From: Candidatus Zixiibacteriota bacterium
Lineage (GTDB): Bacteria > Zixibacteria > MSB-5A5 > GN15 > JAAZOE01
DNA length: 64,000 bases
Direction of reading: 5' to 3'
NCBI GenBank assembly: GCA_043819555.1
Contig: JBDREQ010000064.1
Coordinates: forward strand, 18,026-82,025
This document shows, piece after piece, positions 11,613 to 20,848 of this stretch. Each line of letters opens with the position of its first letter. The first letter of the stretch is position 1. The position numbers were made by a program, and so were the translations under genes. The notes under the pieces were generated by a model. That model searched no databases, had not been told where the DNA came from, and was given only the letters and a program-made list of their open reading frames with translations.

Positions 11613-12419
11613 CTAATCGGACTTTTCCTTTGATTTTTTCACGCGAGGCGCGATGACAAAATTCCATATCAAGCCAAAAGAAATGATCACTAATACTCCG
11701 GCAAGCATCCAGTTTTTGAATCGCGTAACCGGTTCAGCCGCCTGTTCCTCAGTCGCCTCAGATGAAGATTCGTTCAGGTTTTCCGTATTGCCGACTTCCG
11801 TAAATTTCAGTTCTTCCTGCGCCTGAGCTTCTTTTAAATTATCAAATGATAGTGATGCGATCACGCTGTCAAAAATCGGCTTATTATCTTCAAACGCGGA
11901 ATCCGGACTATAACAATAGAGAGTCACCAAACCGGCGTCATTCAATTTCATATGCATCAGAAGCTTCATCATCGCTTCAGGAGTAAAAGCCATTTCCGAT
12001 ATGACTGTAATTGATTTTTCTTTCAAATTTAACCGAGGCTGTCCGGGCAACAAATCAGACATTTTATCCACTACGCGGCTTTTGTAAATGTCCTTCTTAT
12101 AACTGTCGGAGATATCTTGAAGCAATGAATCCGCCTCGTGCTTGCCCAATTCTCCGGTAGAGTCGAAGGCAATCACGACATAAGCGTCATCCAGATATTG
12201 CGATGATATTGGCGCGAAAACTGCTTCATAATTATATGCATCGCTGGAGGCATCAGAAGGCGAAAATATGGCATCAACAATTCGGTAATCGACTTTTTCC
12301 CAATTTTTCGGATAGCTTATCCAGAAACCGCCTTTCCAATTGACATAGTTTCCTGCCAGAGCGCCAATTGGCAATATAAAAACCGCCAATGCTAAAAAAA
12401 TTATCACCCACTTTTTCAT
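11613..12419 (-). CDS. Exported protein with C-terminal membrane anchor (PsbP/DcrB-like N-terminal motif)
   Basis: Start refined to ATG 12419 (MKKWVIIFLALAVF...ALA signal); GFWISYPKNW motif; C-terminal TM followed by basic tail. Confidence 0.7.
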   Translation of the reverse strand: MKKWVIIFLALAVFILPIGALAGNYVNWKGGFWISYPKNWEKVDYRIVDAIFSPSDASSDAYNYEAVFAPISSQYLDDAYVVIAFDSTGELGKHEADSLLQDISDSYKKDIYKSRVVDKMSDLLPGQPRLNLKEKSITVISEMAFTPEAMMKLLMHMKLNDAGLVTLYCYSPDSAFEDNKPIFDSVIASLSFDNLKEAQAQEELKFTEVGNTENLNESSSEATEEQAAEPVTRFKNWMLAGVLVIISFGLIWNFVIAPRVKKSKEKSD

Positions 12420-12444
12420 AAAAATATATCCTTCATATGATCCC

Positions 12445-14298
12445 TTAATCATTATCCAGGGCCTTTTTGGGATAAATATCAAGTTCTGTCATCCATTTTT
12501 TCAAAGAGCTAATCCTCTGTGAATTATCTTCCGGCAGTACAAATGGATTGCGGCCTCGGCCATCGAGAATAATCCCAACTACGCCGCCTTTGAGTTCTGT
12601 CTCGACTTTTTGTCCGCGTCCTTTGCCGAGATCGAGGTGCTTTAGCGGTTCCAGCGTCGCCTGGGCAGTCATCGGTAATCCGTTTTCGGCGACGCCGAGC
12701 TTGAGCAGCTTAATCTCGCCGAATTCAAGTCTGCCCGAAACAGTTCCGTCAGGCAGATCAATCTTATAACTGAGAATCTCTCCGCCTTTTTTAACTTCTC
12801 CCGAAGGAGCCACACAGGTTCCGAGATGAATCAAACAGTCTTTTTCAAATACTTCGGTAGCCGCCTGAGGATGCAATGTAGAAAGAACGCCCAACTGGGG
12901 CATCATAAAGATGGAATCAACCGCGAGGCGAGTTATGCCTTCCGGCTGAAACGCGTCAATCAGCATCAGGGCCGATTGCTGCCGGCGGGGAGCGTGAGAC
13001 AATACGCCGCCCGAACCGATTAGCATGTCCAGAGTCATCATATTGACAATTGTCGAACCGGAACTATCCTGTTCAAAGGCGTCGGCGATTGTCCTCTGTT
13101 TTTGAACGCCTTTCAAAACCGTCGCGAAACTTTTATGCTGTATAAAGGCCAAGCGAAGAGCTTCCTTCGCGACTCCCTGTTCAAACACTAATTCTTCCAT
13201 TGATTGAGGAATCGTCGTCGGGCGGATCATTTTATTTTTAACTCGGTTGCGCAGATCGCGCTCATCCATTTCAAATGGCACCCAGCGCATGATATTGGGC
13301 AGAGTCGCTTCAGCGAACACATTTGAAATTGAGTAACTCATCCCCAAATTAGCCGATACCGTCCGGTTAAAGACGCCTTCTCCTCCACCGGGACGGAAAA
13401 CGGAAAACACATCAGTCGTAGCGCCGCCGATATCAACTCCAACGGCTTCCATATTTCCCAGATCGGCAATCGTCTTGATAATCAATCCCACCGCCCCCGG
13501 CGTCGGCATGATCGGAGCATCGGTCCATTTCATCAGTTTGGAATATCCCGGAGCCTGCGCCATGACATGTTCCATAAATAAGTTATGAATCTCTTCACGG
13601 GCGGGATAGAGGTTTTCCCGCTCTAAAACCGGTCGGAGATTATCGACAATGCCTAAATCTACTTTTTTATCAAGAGTTTCTTTGACGGCTTTGCGGGCTT
13701 CTATATTACCGGCGAAAATAACCGGTAATTTATATCCCGAACCCAGGCGCGGTTTGGGATCGGCTGCGGCAATTAATTCCGCGATTTCCGCGACGTGCGA
13801 TGTGGTTCCACCGTCGATCCCTCCCGATAATAAAATCATATCGGGACGCAAATGACGAATTCTTTCAATTTGCTGATGAGGACGGCGCTTGTCGTTGGAT
13901 GCTATCACATCCATAACGATTGCTCCCGCCCCAAGAGCGGCGCGCTCGGCCGATTCGGCTGTCATAGAACGAACCACACCGGCAACCATCATTTGCAATC
14001 CGCCGCCGGCCGATGAAGTCGAAATATAAATATCGCATCCCCGGTCCCCGTCTGCGGGCGTGATGATTCTATCGTTTTCATCGAGCAGAGTTTTATTGGT
14101 CAATTCACCGACTTCGGCCACGGCGTTGAGGACCCCCATCGTTACATCCTCAAAAGGCGCTTCAACCGTCGTGGGCGCCTCGCCTCGTGCAATCAATCGA
14201 TACTCGCCGTCTCGTTTTTCTATCAGGATTGCCTTGGTAGTCGTTGAACCGCAATCGGTAGCCAAAATTGTATTAATCTTTTCCAGATTCTCAAGCAT
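12445..14298 (-). CDS. GlmL/MutL-like (glutamate mutase L family) ASKHA-fold ATPase
   Basis: TDCGSTTTK (phosphate-1), TSSAGGGL, LSGGIDGG, IMPTPGAV, VDIGGATTDVFS (phosphate-2), RTVSANLGMSYS, IGSGGVL. Confidence 0.85.
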   Translation of the reverse strand: MLENLEKINTILATDCGSTTTKAILIEKRDGEYRLIARGEAPTTVEAPFEDVTMGVLNAVAEVGELTNKTLLDENDRIITPADGDRGCDIYISTSSAGGGLQMMVAGVVRSMTAESAERAALGAGAIVMDVIASNDKRRPHQQIERIRHLRPDMILLSGGIDGGTTSHVAEIAELIAAADPKPRLGSGYKLPVIFAGNIEARKAVKETLDKKVDLGIVDNLRPVLERENLYPAREEIHNLFMEHVMAQAPGYSKLMKWTDAPIMPTPGAVGLIIKTIADLGNMEAVGVDIGGATTDVFSVFRPGGGEGVFNRTVSANLGMSYSISNVFAEATLPNIMRWVPFEMDERDLRNRVKNKMIRPTTIPQSMEELVFEQGVAKEALRLAFIQHKSFATVLKGVQKQRTIADAFEQDSSGSTIVNMMTLDMLIGSGGVLSHAPRRQQSALMLIDAFQPEGITRLAVDSIFMMPQLGVLSTLHPQAATEVFEKDCLIHLGTCVAPSGEVKKGGEILSYKIDLPDGTVSGRLEFGEIKLLKLGVAENGLPMTAQATLEPLKHLDLGKGRGQKVETELKGGVVGIILDGRGRNPFVLPEDNSQRISSLKKWMTELDIYPKKALDND

Positions 14299-14561
14299 GT
14301 TTCTCTCACTATCCTAAATGTAAAATCCCAAAATTGCCTGTCTGCAAAATCATTTTTACTTCCCAGCCACAAATATAGCGGCCAAGAAAAGATTCCAAAT
14401 ATAATCATCAGAGGCAATTTTGTCCACCCCTTTCGGAAGGATTTTATTGGCCAAAAACTACCTCTCCTAATCGACAGTTCTGTAACCATTTCCGAGAAAT
14501 AGCAATATTGGCATGATGTGGGGGAAAAAAGAACTTGCATCGACCGGGTTTCCCTGCCCAC

Positions 14562-15344
14562 GGGCGAGGCGACCTCGCCCCTACATCAAAAATAAAATCC
14601 TTTGCTATTATCATATAAATAGAGTATTATTGATTTGTGCGCGATTGCTTAGTCATTGCGAGTCCCGCGTTAGCGGGACGTGGCTAACTGTTGAGGGAAA
14701 AATCTTGGGCAATAAGGCAATTGAATAAAGATAATTCAAAATTGACGAGTGATGGATGAATAATCTTCTTGTCAAAAATCAACATTATATCCCGGAAGGA
14801 TTCCTTAAAGGATTCACCGATTCTGATGGTAGATTGGTGGAAGTCCTTTTGAGGAACAAGAAAATTTATCGGACTAGCCCTTCTAATTCAATGTCTGAGA
14901 AATTTGTATACGAGCATGATAACCTAAGAAGGAATACCTTAGAAAAGTATTTTGCCAAATTAGATAGTAACATTGTACCAAGACCGGTGGCCCATTGTTC
15001 CCGTGAAACGGGAACGGTGGGTTCCCGCTTTTATGCCTATGCACCAACTCCATCAATCTCCAATGGCACCTTGCCCAGGATTCCGTATTCATATTTAATA
15101 ATAGAGTAATTGTACGATAATTGCAACAAATTTGGGAATTACTTACGGGCAGACGAGGACGTCTGCCCTTTTGAATTTCATTCCGGCAGATGTCAACATC
15201 TGCCGGCCACAATTAATATGTGTCATTGTGAGCGAACGAAGTGAGCGTGGCAATCTTGGAATTTTGTGAGATGGAAACAGATCGCCACGTCGGCCTTCGG
15301 CCTTCTCGCGATGACCGAGACGACAACCCGAGGGTTGTCGCTAC
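14562..15344. repeat. Cluster of REP-like palindromes of several classes
   Basis: GTAG/GTGG-tailed hairpins at 14562-14584, 14987-15021, 15183-15210, 15321-15344; hairpin 15147-15168; GTCATTGCGAG...CGTGGC-type units at 14652-14684, 15222-15256 and inverted at 15279-15315. Confidence 0.8.
14756..15109 (+). pseudogene. Truncated DUF4238-like gene remnant
   Basis: KNQHYIPEGFLKGF...SEKFVYE...LEKYFAKLD resembles the DUF4238 N-terminus; plausible protein sequence ends where a palindrome begins (~14987). Confidence 0.6.
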
Positions 15345-15545
15345 GAATTTATTGGCGGGATCGCGGGCTTCCGCCCGGCCAAGTCCAACAATTTGCCTCC
15401 CCAACTGGAACCTTTTCTTGCGATTTGTTGTATAAATTCTTAATCCGCAAGCGTTTTTTGTTGAATTAAACACAACCTTTTTCTATCGTTATCAGTCTGA
15501 CAGATAAAACATAAACCTTTTTATAGAGATTGTGTACAATAGGTT

Positions 15546-16292
15546 ATGACTTCAATTCCAATCGCTCTTTTGAGCGCTCAGGTTCACATGCCGATCGCGT
15601 TATTCTCCGGAGGGGTCTGGGAAATCATCGCGCACATGTCATTCTTTGGCTGGATCATCGTCAGCGTTTTGGTCATCATGTCTCTGGTGTCATGGGGCAT
15701 CATGTTCAACAAATACCGCCTCTTCAAGGAAGTCGAATCGCAGTCGTTTAAGTTTAATAATTTATTCGACAAAGCGACCGACATCTCGGATTTGATTAAT
15801 CAAACCAAGAACTTTCGTCTAACGCCTGATTCGGGAGTCTATACCGCCGGCATCAAAGAGGCCGACGCCATCATGGAAGCCAAAAACAAAGGCGGTGTTC
15901 CCGAAAACCAGCGCAAATTATCTGAAGATGATTTCAAGACGATTACGATGATGATGGACAAGGCCGTCAACGAGCAGGTCGGCGAACTGGAGCGGTATGT
16001 CGTTTTCCTGGCGACCACCGCCAACGCCGCGCCGTTTCTGGGACTTTTGGGAACGGTCGTCGGTGTCATGGATTCCTTCTGGTCAATCGGCGAACGCGGC
16101 TCAGCGTCATTAACGGTTGTCGCTCCGGGCATCGCCGAGGCGCTTTTGGCCACAATCGTCGGTCTGGCCGCGGCCATCCCCGCAGTAATCGGATACAACT
16201 GGGCCAATAATAAACTCAAATATATAATCGACCGGTCCAACAATTTCAGCATCTCGTTTATGGCCCGCCTCAAGAAAGACAGCTATCAATGA
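15546..16292 (+). CDS. tolQ: TolQ (MotA/TolQ/ExbB proton channel)
   Basis: APFLGLLGTVVGVM, VAPGIAEALLATIVGL..AIPA. Confidence 0.92.
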   Translation: MTSIPIALLSAQVHMPIALFSGGVWEIIAHMSFFGWIIVSVLVIMSLVSWGIMFNKYRLFKEVESQSFKFNNLFDKATDISDLINQTKNFRLTPDSGVYTAGIKEADAIMEAKNKGGVPENQRKLSEDDFKTITMMMDKAVNEQVGELERYVVFLATTANAAPFLGLLGTVVGVMDSFWSIGERGSASLTVVAPGIAEALLATIVGLAAAIPAVIGYNWANNKLKYIIDRSNNFSISFMARLKKDSYQ

Positions 16293-16705
16293 TACAACGT
16301 CGCTATGGACATATGGCCGATATAAACGTCACCAACCTCGTTGACGTCGTCCTGGTGCTGTTGATTATCTTTATGATTACGGCGCCAATGCTTCAGTCCG
16401 GAATCGATGTCAACCTGCCCAAAACAAAAACGGCGATAAGCGATGATTTGGGCGAAGGTGTCGTCCTGACGATCGATAAAAAAGGCGGCATATTCATTGA
16501 TGATATCTGGGTCAGGATTCCCGATTTCGAAAAACGGCTTGATGCCGTTATGAGGCAGAAAAATACCTCATCGGTTTATGTCAGGGCCGACAGCGCCGTC
16601 GTTTATGCCGCCGTTGTTGACGTTGTCGCCAAATTGAAGGAAATGGGAATCGATTATCTTGGGCTGGTCACGACCCCGGTCAATTCTGATAATATGCGGA
16701 AATAA
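16289..16705 (+). CDS. tolR: TolR/ExbD
   Basis: INVTNLVDVVLVLLIIFMITAP, VRAD. Confidence 0.92.
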   Translation: MIQRRYGHMADINVTNLVDVVLVLLIIFMITAPMLQSGIDVNLPKTKTAISDDLGEGVVLTIDKKGGIFIDDIWVRIPDFEKRLDAVMRQKNTSSVYVRADSAVVYAAVVDVVAKLKEMGIDYLGLVTTPVNSDNMRK

Positions 16706-16710
16706 CAGCC

Positions 16711-17427
16711 ATGGATTTTACGGCACGAGATATTTTTTACTCCATTATTTTTCATGTGGGATTGATTATGATGATCACTATCATGAATCCATTTAAGGTC
16801 CTGATGAAGCCGGATTTTGATTCGGTGGGAGTAAATATTATCGAAATGCCTCCGCTGGGAAGTCCCGAACTTATACAACCCGACAAGATGCCCGAAATTT
16901 CAATTCCTGAAGCATTGGTCGAAGAGGATATTGCCGTACCCATTTCCACTCCCGAAACCCGCGAGAAGCCGGTTGAGATCAAAAAACCGCCTGAAGAAAA
17001 AGTCGAAGATCCCAAACCGGAACGCGATACGAGCTATAAAGGCCAGGCCAAGACCGCAGATAAAAATCAACAAGGCGGCGCCGACGTCAGCAGTCAAATC
17101 GGTCCCGGAAGCGCCTTTGGTTCGGCAACGGTTGACAATGCCAGTTTTCAATATCCTTCATATTTGACGCAGGTTTTTTTAAAGGTGGAGAGAAACTGGT
17201 CAAATCCGGTCAGAGCCAATAAACAAATTTCGGCGCAAATCTATTTTCAAATAATCAGATCGGGTACAATTCTGGACGCGAAGCTCGTCCAGTCATCAGG
17301 AGTCGAAGCATATGATCGGGCATGCTTAAGGGCCATTCAGGCAACCACAATGTTACCGCCTCTGCCTGCGAATTTTCAGGACGATATTATAGGCATCACT
17401 TTGGAATTTCGTTATATACCGGAATAA
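16711..17427 (+). CDS. TolA/TonB-family energy transducer
   Basis: N-terminal TM with S..FH motif, Pro/Glu/Lys linker, C-terminal TonB_2-like SSG..AYDRACLRAI; between tolR and tolB. Confidence 0.85.
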   Translation: MDFTARDIFYSIIFHVGLIMMITIMNPFKVLMKPDFDSVGVNIIEMPPLGSPELIQPDKMPEISIPEALVEEDIAVPISTPETREKPVEIKKPPEEKVEDPKPERDTSYKGQAKTADKNQQGGADVSSQIGPGSAFGSATVDNASFQYPSYLTQVFLKVERNWSNPVRANKQISAQIYFQIIRSGTILDAKLVQSSGVEAYDRACLRAIQATTMLPPLPANFQDDIIGITLEFRYIPE

Positions 17428-17429
17428 GT

Positions 17430-18731
17430 ATGAAAAAAACTGCTTTATCAATAATCTGCGTAATCCTTTTTTGCGCACAGGTATATTCCCAATCCGACTG
17501 GAAAGGGATAATAACCAAACAGGGGACTTTTCAACCCATATCCCTCGGCGTCGAAGATTTTACCGGCGTTGAAAATCAGCGATTATCATCCGCCGATTCG
17601 GTTGTTCTCGTACGAATGGGTGAGATTATTCGAAAAGACCTGAACTTCTCACCGTTCTATGAAGTCATTGCACTTGATTCGTTTTACCTGCGCCATATGG
17701 AACTCGAGATAATGACGCTTCTGGGATGGTCTCAGCTCGGCGCCGAATATGTCGTCAAAGGCGAAGCGTCATTTTCGGGAGAGAACATCAATTTCAGTTA
17801 CCGGATTTATGCCGCCAAATCGCAAATGGTTTTCGCTCGCGGACGATTCCAATCAATCACAAGTAATTATCGGCGACTGTCGCATACCATCGCCAATGAT
17901 ATTATTTATTATCTCACCGGCGACAAGGGCATCTTCGATACCCGCATCTGTTTTATGTCCAAGCGAACCGGCAACAAGGAATTATTCCTGTGCGATTATG
18001 ACGGTGCCAATATCTATCAATTGACCGGGAACGGCTCGATTAACCTGTCCCCGGCATTCGACCCTGACGGCAGGCGTATTATATTTACTTCGTTTATGAA
18101 TGATGAACCCCAGCTTTTTGAATATAATGTTATCAATGGCAACGTCAGCCAGATCGCGGCGTATCCGGGAATAAATTCAGCCGCGCGGGTTTCGCCTGAT
18201 GGGGATAATATAGTAGCGGCGCTTTCCCGCGACGGTAACGCCGAATTATATCTTTTAAGACGCGATGGACGAATCAAACGCCGGCTAACCTACACCAATT
18301 CAATTGAATCTGGCCCGTGCTGGTCGCCGACCGGCAAGGAAATCGCCTTCACTTCAGACCGAACCGGATCGCCTCAGATATATATAATGGATATCGACGG
18401 CGTCAACGTACGAAGGCTAACTTACCAGGGAAATTATAACGACTCCCCCGACTGGTCGCCGAAAGGAGATAATATCGTCTTTTTAAGCCGGGTCAACGGT
18501 GAATTCGATATCTGCACAATTGACGTTACCGGCGATAATTATCGCGTCCTGACCGAACGGGGAAATAACGAAAACCCGCATTGGTCGCCCGACGGTAATC
18601 ATATCGTATTCTCATCGACCCGGACCGGAACGAAAGAGATTTATATCATGGATAGATTTGGGTTTGAGGAAAAGCGTCTGACAACCGGAGGGGGCAATTC
18701 CAACCCATATTGGTCGGGATATGACCGATAA
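17430..18731 (+). CDS. tolB: Tol-Pal beta-propeller protein TolB
   Basis: Start refined to ATG 17430 (signal peptide); TolB-N domain and repeated PD40 motifs (P.WSP.G..I.F.S.R.G). Confidence 0.93.
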   Translation: MKKTALSIICVILFCAQVYSQSDWKGIITKQGTFQPISLGVEDFTGVENQRLSSADSVVLVRMGEIIRKDLNFSPFYEVIALDSFYLRHMELEIMTLLGWSQLGAEYVVKGEASFSGENINFSYRIYAAKSQMVFARGRFQSITSNYRRLSHTIANDIIYYLTGDKGIFDTRICFMSKRTGNKELFLCDYDGANIYQLTGNGSINLSPAFDPDGRRIIFTSFMNDEPQLFEYNVINGNVSQIAAYPGINSAARVSPDGDNIVAALSRDGNAELYLLRRDGRIKRRLTYTNSIESGPCWSPTGKEIAFTSDRTGSPQIYIMDIDGVNVRRLTYQGNYNDSPDWSPKGDNIVFLSRVNGEFDICTIDVTGDNYRVLTERGNNENPHWSPDGNHIVFSSTRTGTKEIYIMDRFGFEEKRLTTGGGNSNPYWSGYDR

Positions 18732-18759
18732 ATTTTTTCGATGTATTGATAAAATTTTG

Positions 18760-18788
18760 TTGCAATGGATATTCCAATTTCGTACAGT
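18760..18788 (+). promoter_or_regulatory. Possible internal promoter for pal
   Basis: TTGCAA-N17-TACAGT in the tolB-pal gap. Confidence 0.5.
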
Positions 18789-18849
18789 TTTACAATAGAT
18801 TGGAGATTAACGAAACTGAGTCTGTATAAAAAATTGTAAGGAGGGACTA

Positions 18850-19368
18850 ATGAAAAAATTATTGCTCATTCTTGGGCTAATAATGATTATGATTTTCATC
18901 TACGGATGCGGCGGCAAGAAAACCGCCCCGCCTGTGGTTGAAGAACCGGTTGCGGTAGTCGATACGACTCCTCCACCGCCACCACCACCACCACCGCCGC
19001 CACCACCACCGCCGCCACCCACAATTAAGGCATCCGATTTTGTCACAATTTATTTCGATTTTGACAAGTACAATATTCGAGGCGATCAGAAAGCGAGTCT
19101 TGATAAAAATGCTGACGTGATGAGGTCGTTCAGCAACGCGGTCATTAAAATTGAAGGGCATTGCGACGAACGCGGAACGGTCGAATACAACCTTGCCCTG
19201 GGTGACAAACGCACAAACTCGGTTAAGGAGTATTTAGTCGGCCTTGGCATCAGAGCTGATCGTATTGAAATCGTCAGCTACGGTAAGGAAAAACCGGCCG
19301 TCATGGGCAGCAATGAAGACGCCTGGGCCAAAAATCGCCGGGCTGAATTCCGAATCGTGGCGAAATAA
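18850..19368 (+). CDS. pal: Peptidoglycan-associated lipoprotein Pal
   Basis: Lipobox IYGC, IYFDFDK, IEGHCDERGT.EYNLALG, SYGKEKP, NRRAEF; 17-Pro linker. Confidence 0.96.
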   Translation: MKKLLLILGLIMIMIFIYGCGGKKTAPPVVEEPVAVVDTTPPPPPPPPPPPPPPPPPTIKASDFVTIYFDFDKYNIRGDQKASLDKNADVMRSFSNAVIKIEGHCDERGTVEYNLALGDKRTNSVKEYLVGLGIRADRIEIVSYGKEKPAVMGSNEDAWAKNRRAEFRIVAK

Positions 19369-19372
19369 TCGG

Positions 19373-20185
19373 ATGGTTATGCGAAAAGGAAAACGCATTA
19401 AGGGATACCTCATTGTGGTATCCCTTTTTAGCCTGATGGTTTTATTCGCCGGATGCGCCACCAAGCAGGATGTTTTGCGGGTTGAGGAAAAGGTCAATCA
19501 GGTTCGCGCCGACCAAAGACTCTTGAAGGCAAAAATTGACGCCATCGATTCACTGATCGCCGACGGCGCCGAGCAAGACAACCGTCTCCGCGCCGATATG
19601 CGTTCGTCTGTTGAAGATTTAAACGAACAGCTAACTCAACTACAAAATCAACTCAACGATCTCAATCAGATGATCTATAATTTCTCTCAGCGCGTCGCTT
19701 CGCAGCCGGCCCAGTCCCAGGTATTCCAGCAAGCGCCGCTGGCAGATGATGCGGCCGCGCAGGCCAGTGATACCACTGAAATTGAAGCGGTTTCATCGGT
19801 AGATTGTACCGGCCTGTGGGATCAGGCTTTCAAGGATATGCGACGCGGCCAATACGACCTGGCCCTTTCCGGATTTTCAGATTATATCAAATTTTGCCCG
19901 AAAGGCAATCTCCTTGATAACAGCCAGTACTGGATTGCTGAATGCTATTATGAGATGGAAATGAATGAGCGGGCTATCGAGGAATATACCAGGCTCATCG
20001 ACGGGTACCCCGAATCTGAAAAGCTATCATCCGCTTATTTCAAAATCGGCCGCTCGTATGAAAAAATGAACAATAACGGAAAGGCTCTCGAGTATTATAT
20101 CATAATCCAGGAGCAGTTCCCCGGCTCGGTTCAGCACGAGCAGGTCAAAGATAAGATTGAGCGTTGGCAAAAAGAGCACAATTAA
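19373..20185 (+). CDS. cpoB: Tol-Pal protein CpoB/YbgF
   Basis: Start refined to ATG 19373; lipobox FAGC, coiled coil, TPR with SQYWIAECYY; directly after pal. Confidence 0.88.
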   Translation: MVMRKGKRIKGYLIVVSLFSLMVLFAGCATKQDVLRVEEKVNQVRADQRLLKAKIDAIDSLIADGAEQDNRLRADMRSSVEDLNEQLTQLQNQLNDLNQMIYNFSQRVASQPAQSQVFQQAPLADDAAAQASDTTEIEAVSSVDCTGLWDQAFKDMRRGQYDLALSGFSDYIKFCPKGNLLDNSQYWIAECYYEMEMNERAIEEYTRLIDGYPESEKLSSAYFKIGRSYEKMNNNGKALEYYIIIQEQFPGSVQHEQVKDKIERWQKEHN

Positions 20186-20787
20186 GCGGCGGCAATTATA
20201 TTGAATTAAGTATAAGAAGACTACCGGCAGAAACTGAGTATTTCTGCCAGGGTTTTTATCAGATTGAAGAAGACGTATTATACGTACCGATATACCCTTC
20301 GGGACGTTTTTATTCTTATTTGGATTCAATCCCGGATAACAATATTCAAAATGCGGATAATAATAAGCAACCGCTTGCAAATCTGGATATAGATCATGAA
20401 GGACGGCTGGTATTTCTGCAAATTAAGACTCCTCGTCGGCAATGGAAGGTAAACAAATCATTGAAGCCTTCTCCGCCGATTGAATTGGCTGATGTAAGAT
20501 TTATAAGTTTCCGCGAAAAAACACAATGCCTTGATATTGAAACCGATCAAAATCATTCACAGGTTCGATTGACATTTTCCGCTAAAAAAATCAAACGCTC
20601 ATTTCGTGCCGCAGACAATTTAATATTTGATCTATCTGAGGATAATTTCCTTGTTGCCATTTGGATTATTTCGATTACCGATGACCGGGCGGCAAAGCTA
20701 ATGTCGGAATGGCGTAAAGCAATGCGAATAAATCAAAAACCCGAAGATACCCAATCGTTTTATAAACGAATTGAGATAAATAAATAA
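20164..20787 (+). CDS. Hypothetical protein with two DUF2283-like repeats
   Basis: YQIEEDVLYV...NLDIDHEGRLVFLQI and DNLIFDLSEDNFLVAIWI; start uncertain. Confidence 0.6.
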   Translation: MAKRAQLSGGNYIELSIRRLPAETEYFCQGFYQIEEDVLYVPIYPSGRFYSYLDSIPDNNIQNADNNKQPLANLDIDHEGRLVFLQIKTPRRQWKVNKSLKPSPPIELADVRFISFREKTQCLDIETDQNHSQVRLTFSAKKIKRSFRAADNLIFDLSEDNFLVAIWIISITDDRAAKLMSEWRKAMRINQKPEDTQSFYKRIEINK

Positions 20788-20792
20788 CGTTC

Positions 20793-20829
20793 AAAAAAAA
20801 CGCCCCGATTAATCCATCGGGACGTTTTT
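20793..20829. terminator. Bidirectional terminator between tol-pal operon and ppdK
   Basis: A-run-ACGCCCCGAT-TAATCC-ATCGGGACGT-T-run. Confidence 0.75.
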
Positions 20830-20848
20830 AATCTAAAACGAAACTCAA

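Noticed and set aside
12445..14298. Calling a glutamate/methylaspartate mutase pathway, or DNA-repair MutL
   Set aside because: No B12-binding or mutase catalytic subunit in the window; motifs are ASKHA-type, not the GHKL type of mismatch-repair MutL
14562..15344. CRISPR array or integron attC array
   Set aside because: Palindromes differ in sequence and spacing, with no constant direct repeat, no cas or integrase gene and no clear attC box structure
14223..15473. Short ORFs 14223-14561, 14513-14728, 14883-15212, 15213-15473, 15241-15435, 15266-15469
   Set aside because: They are read through GC-rich palindromes or promoter DNA, with no RBS or protein-like motifs
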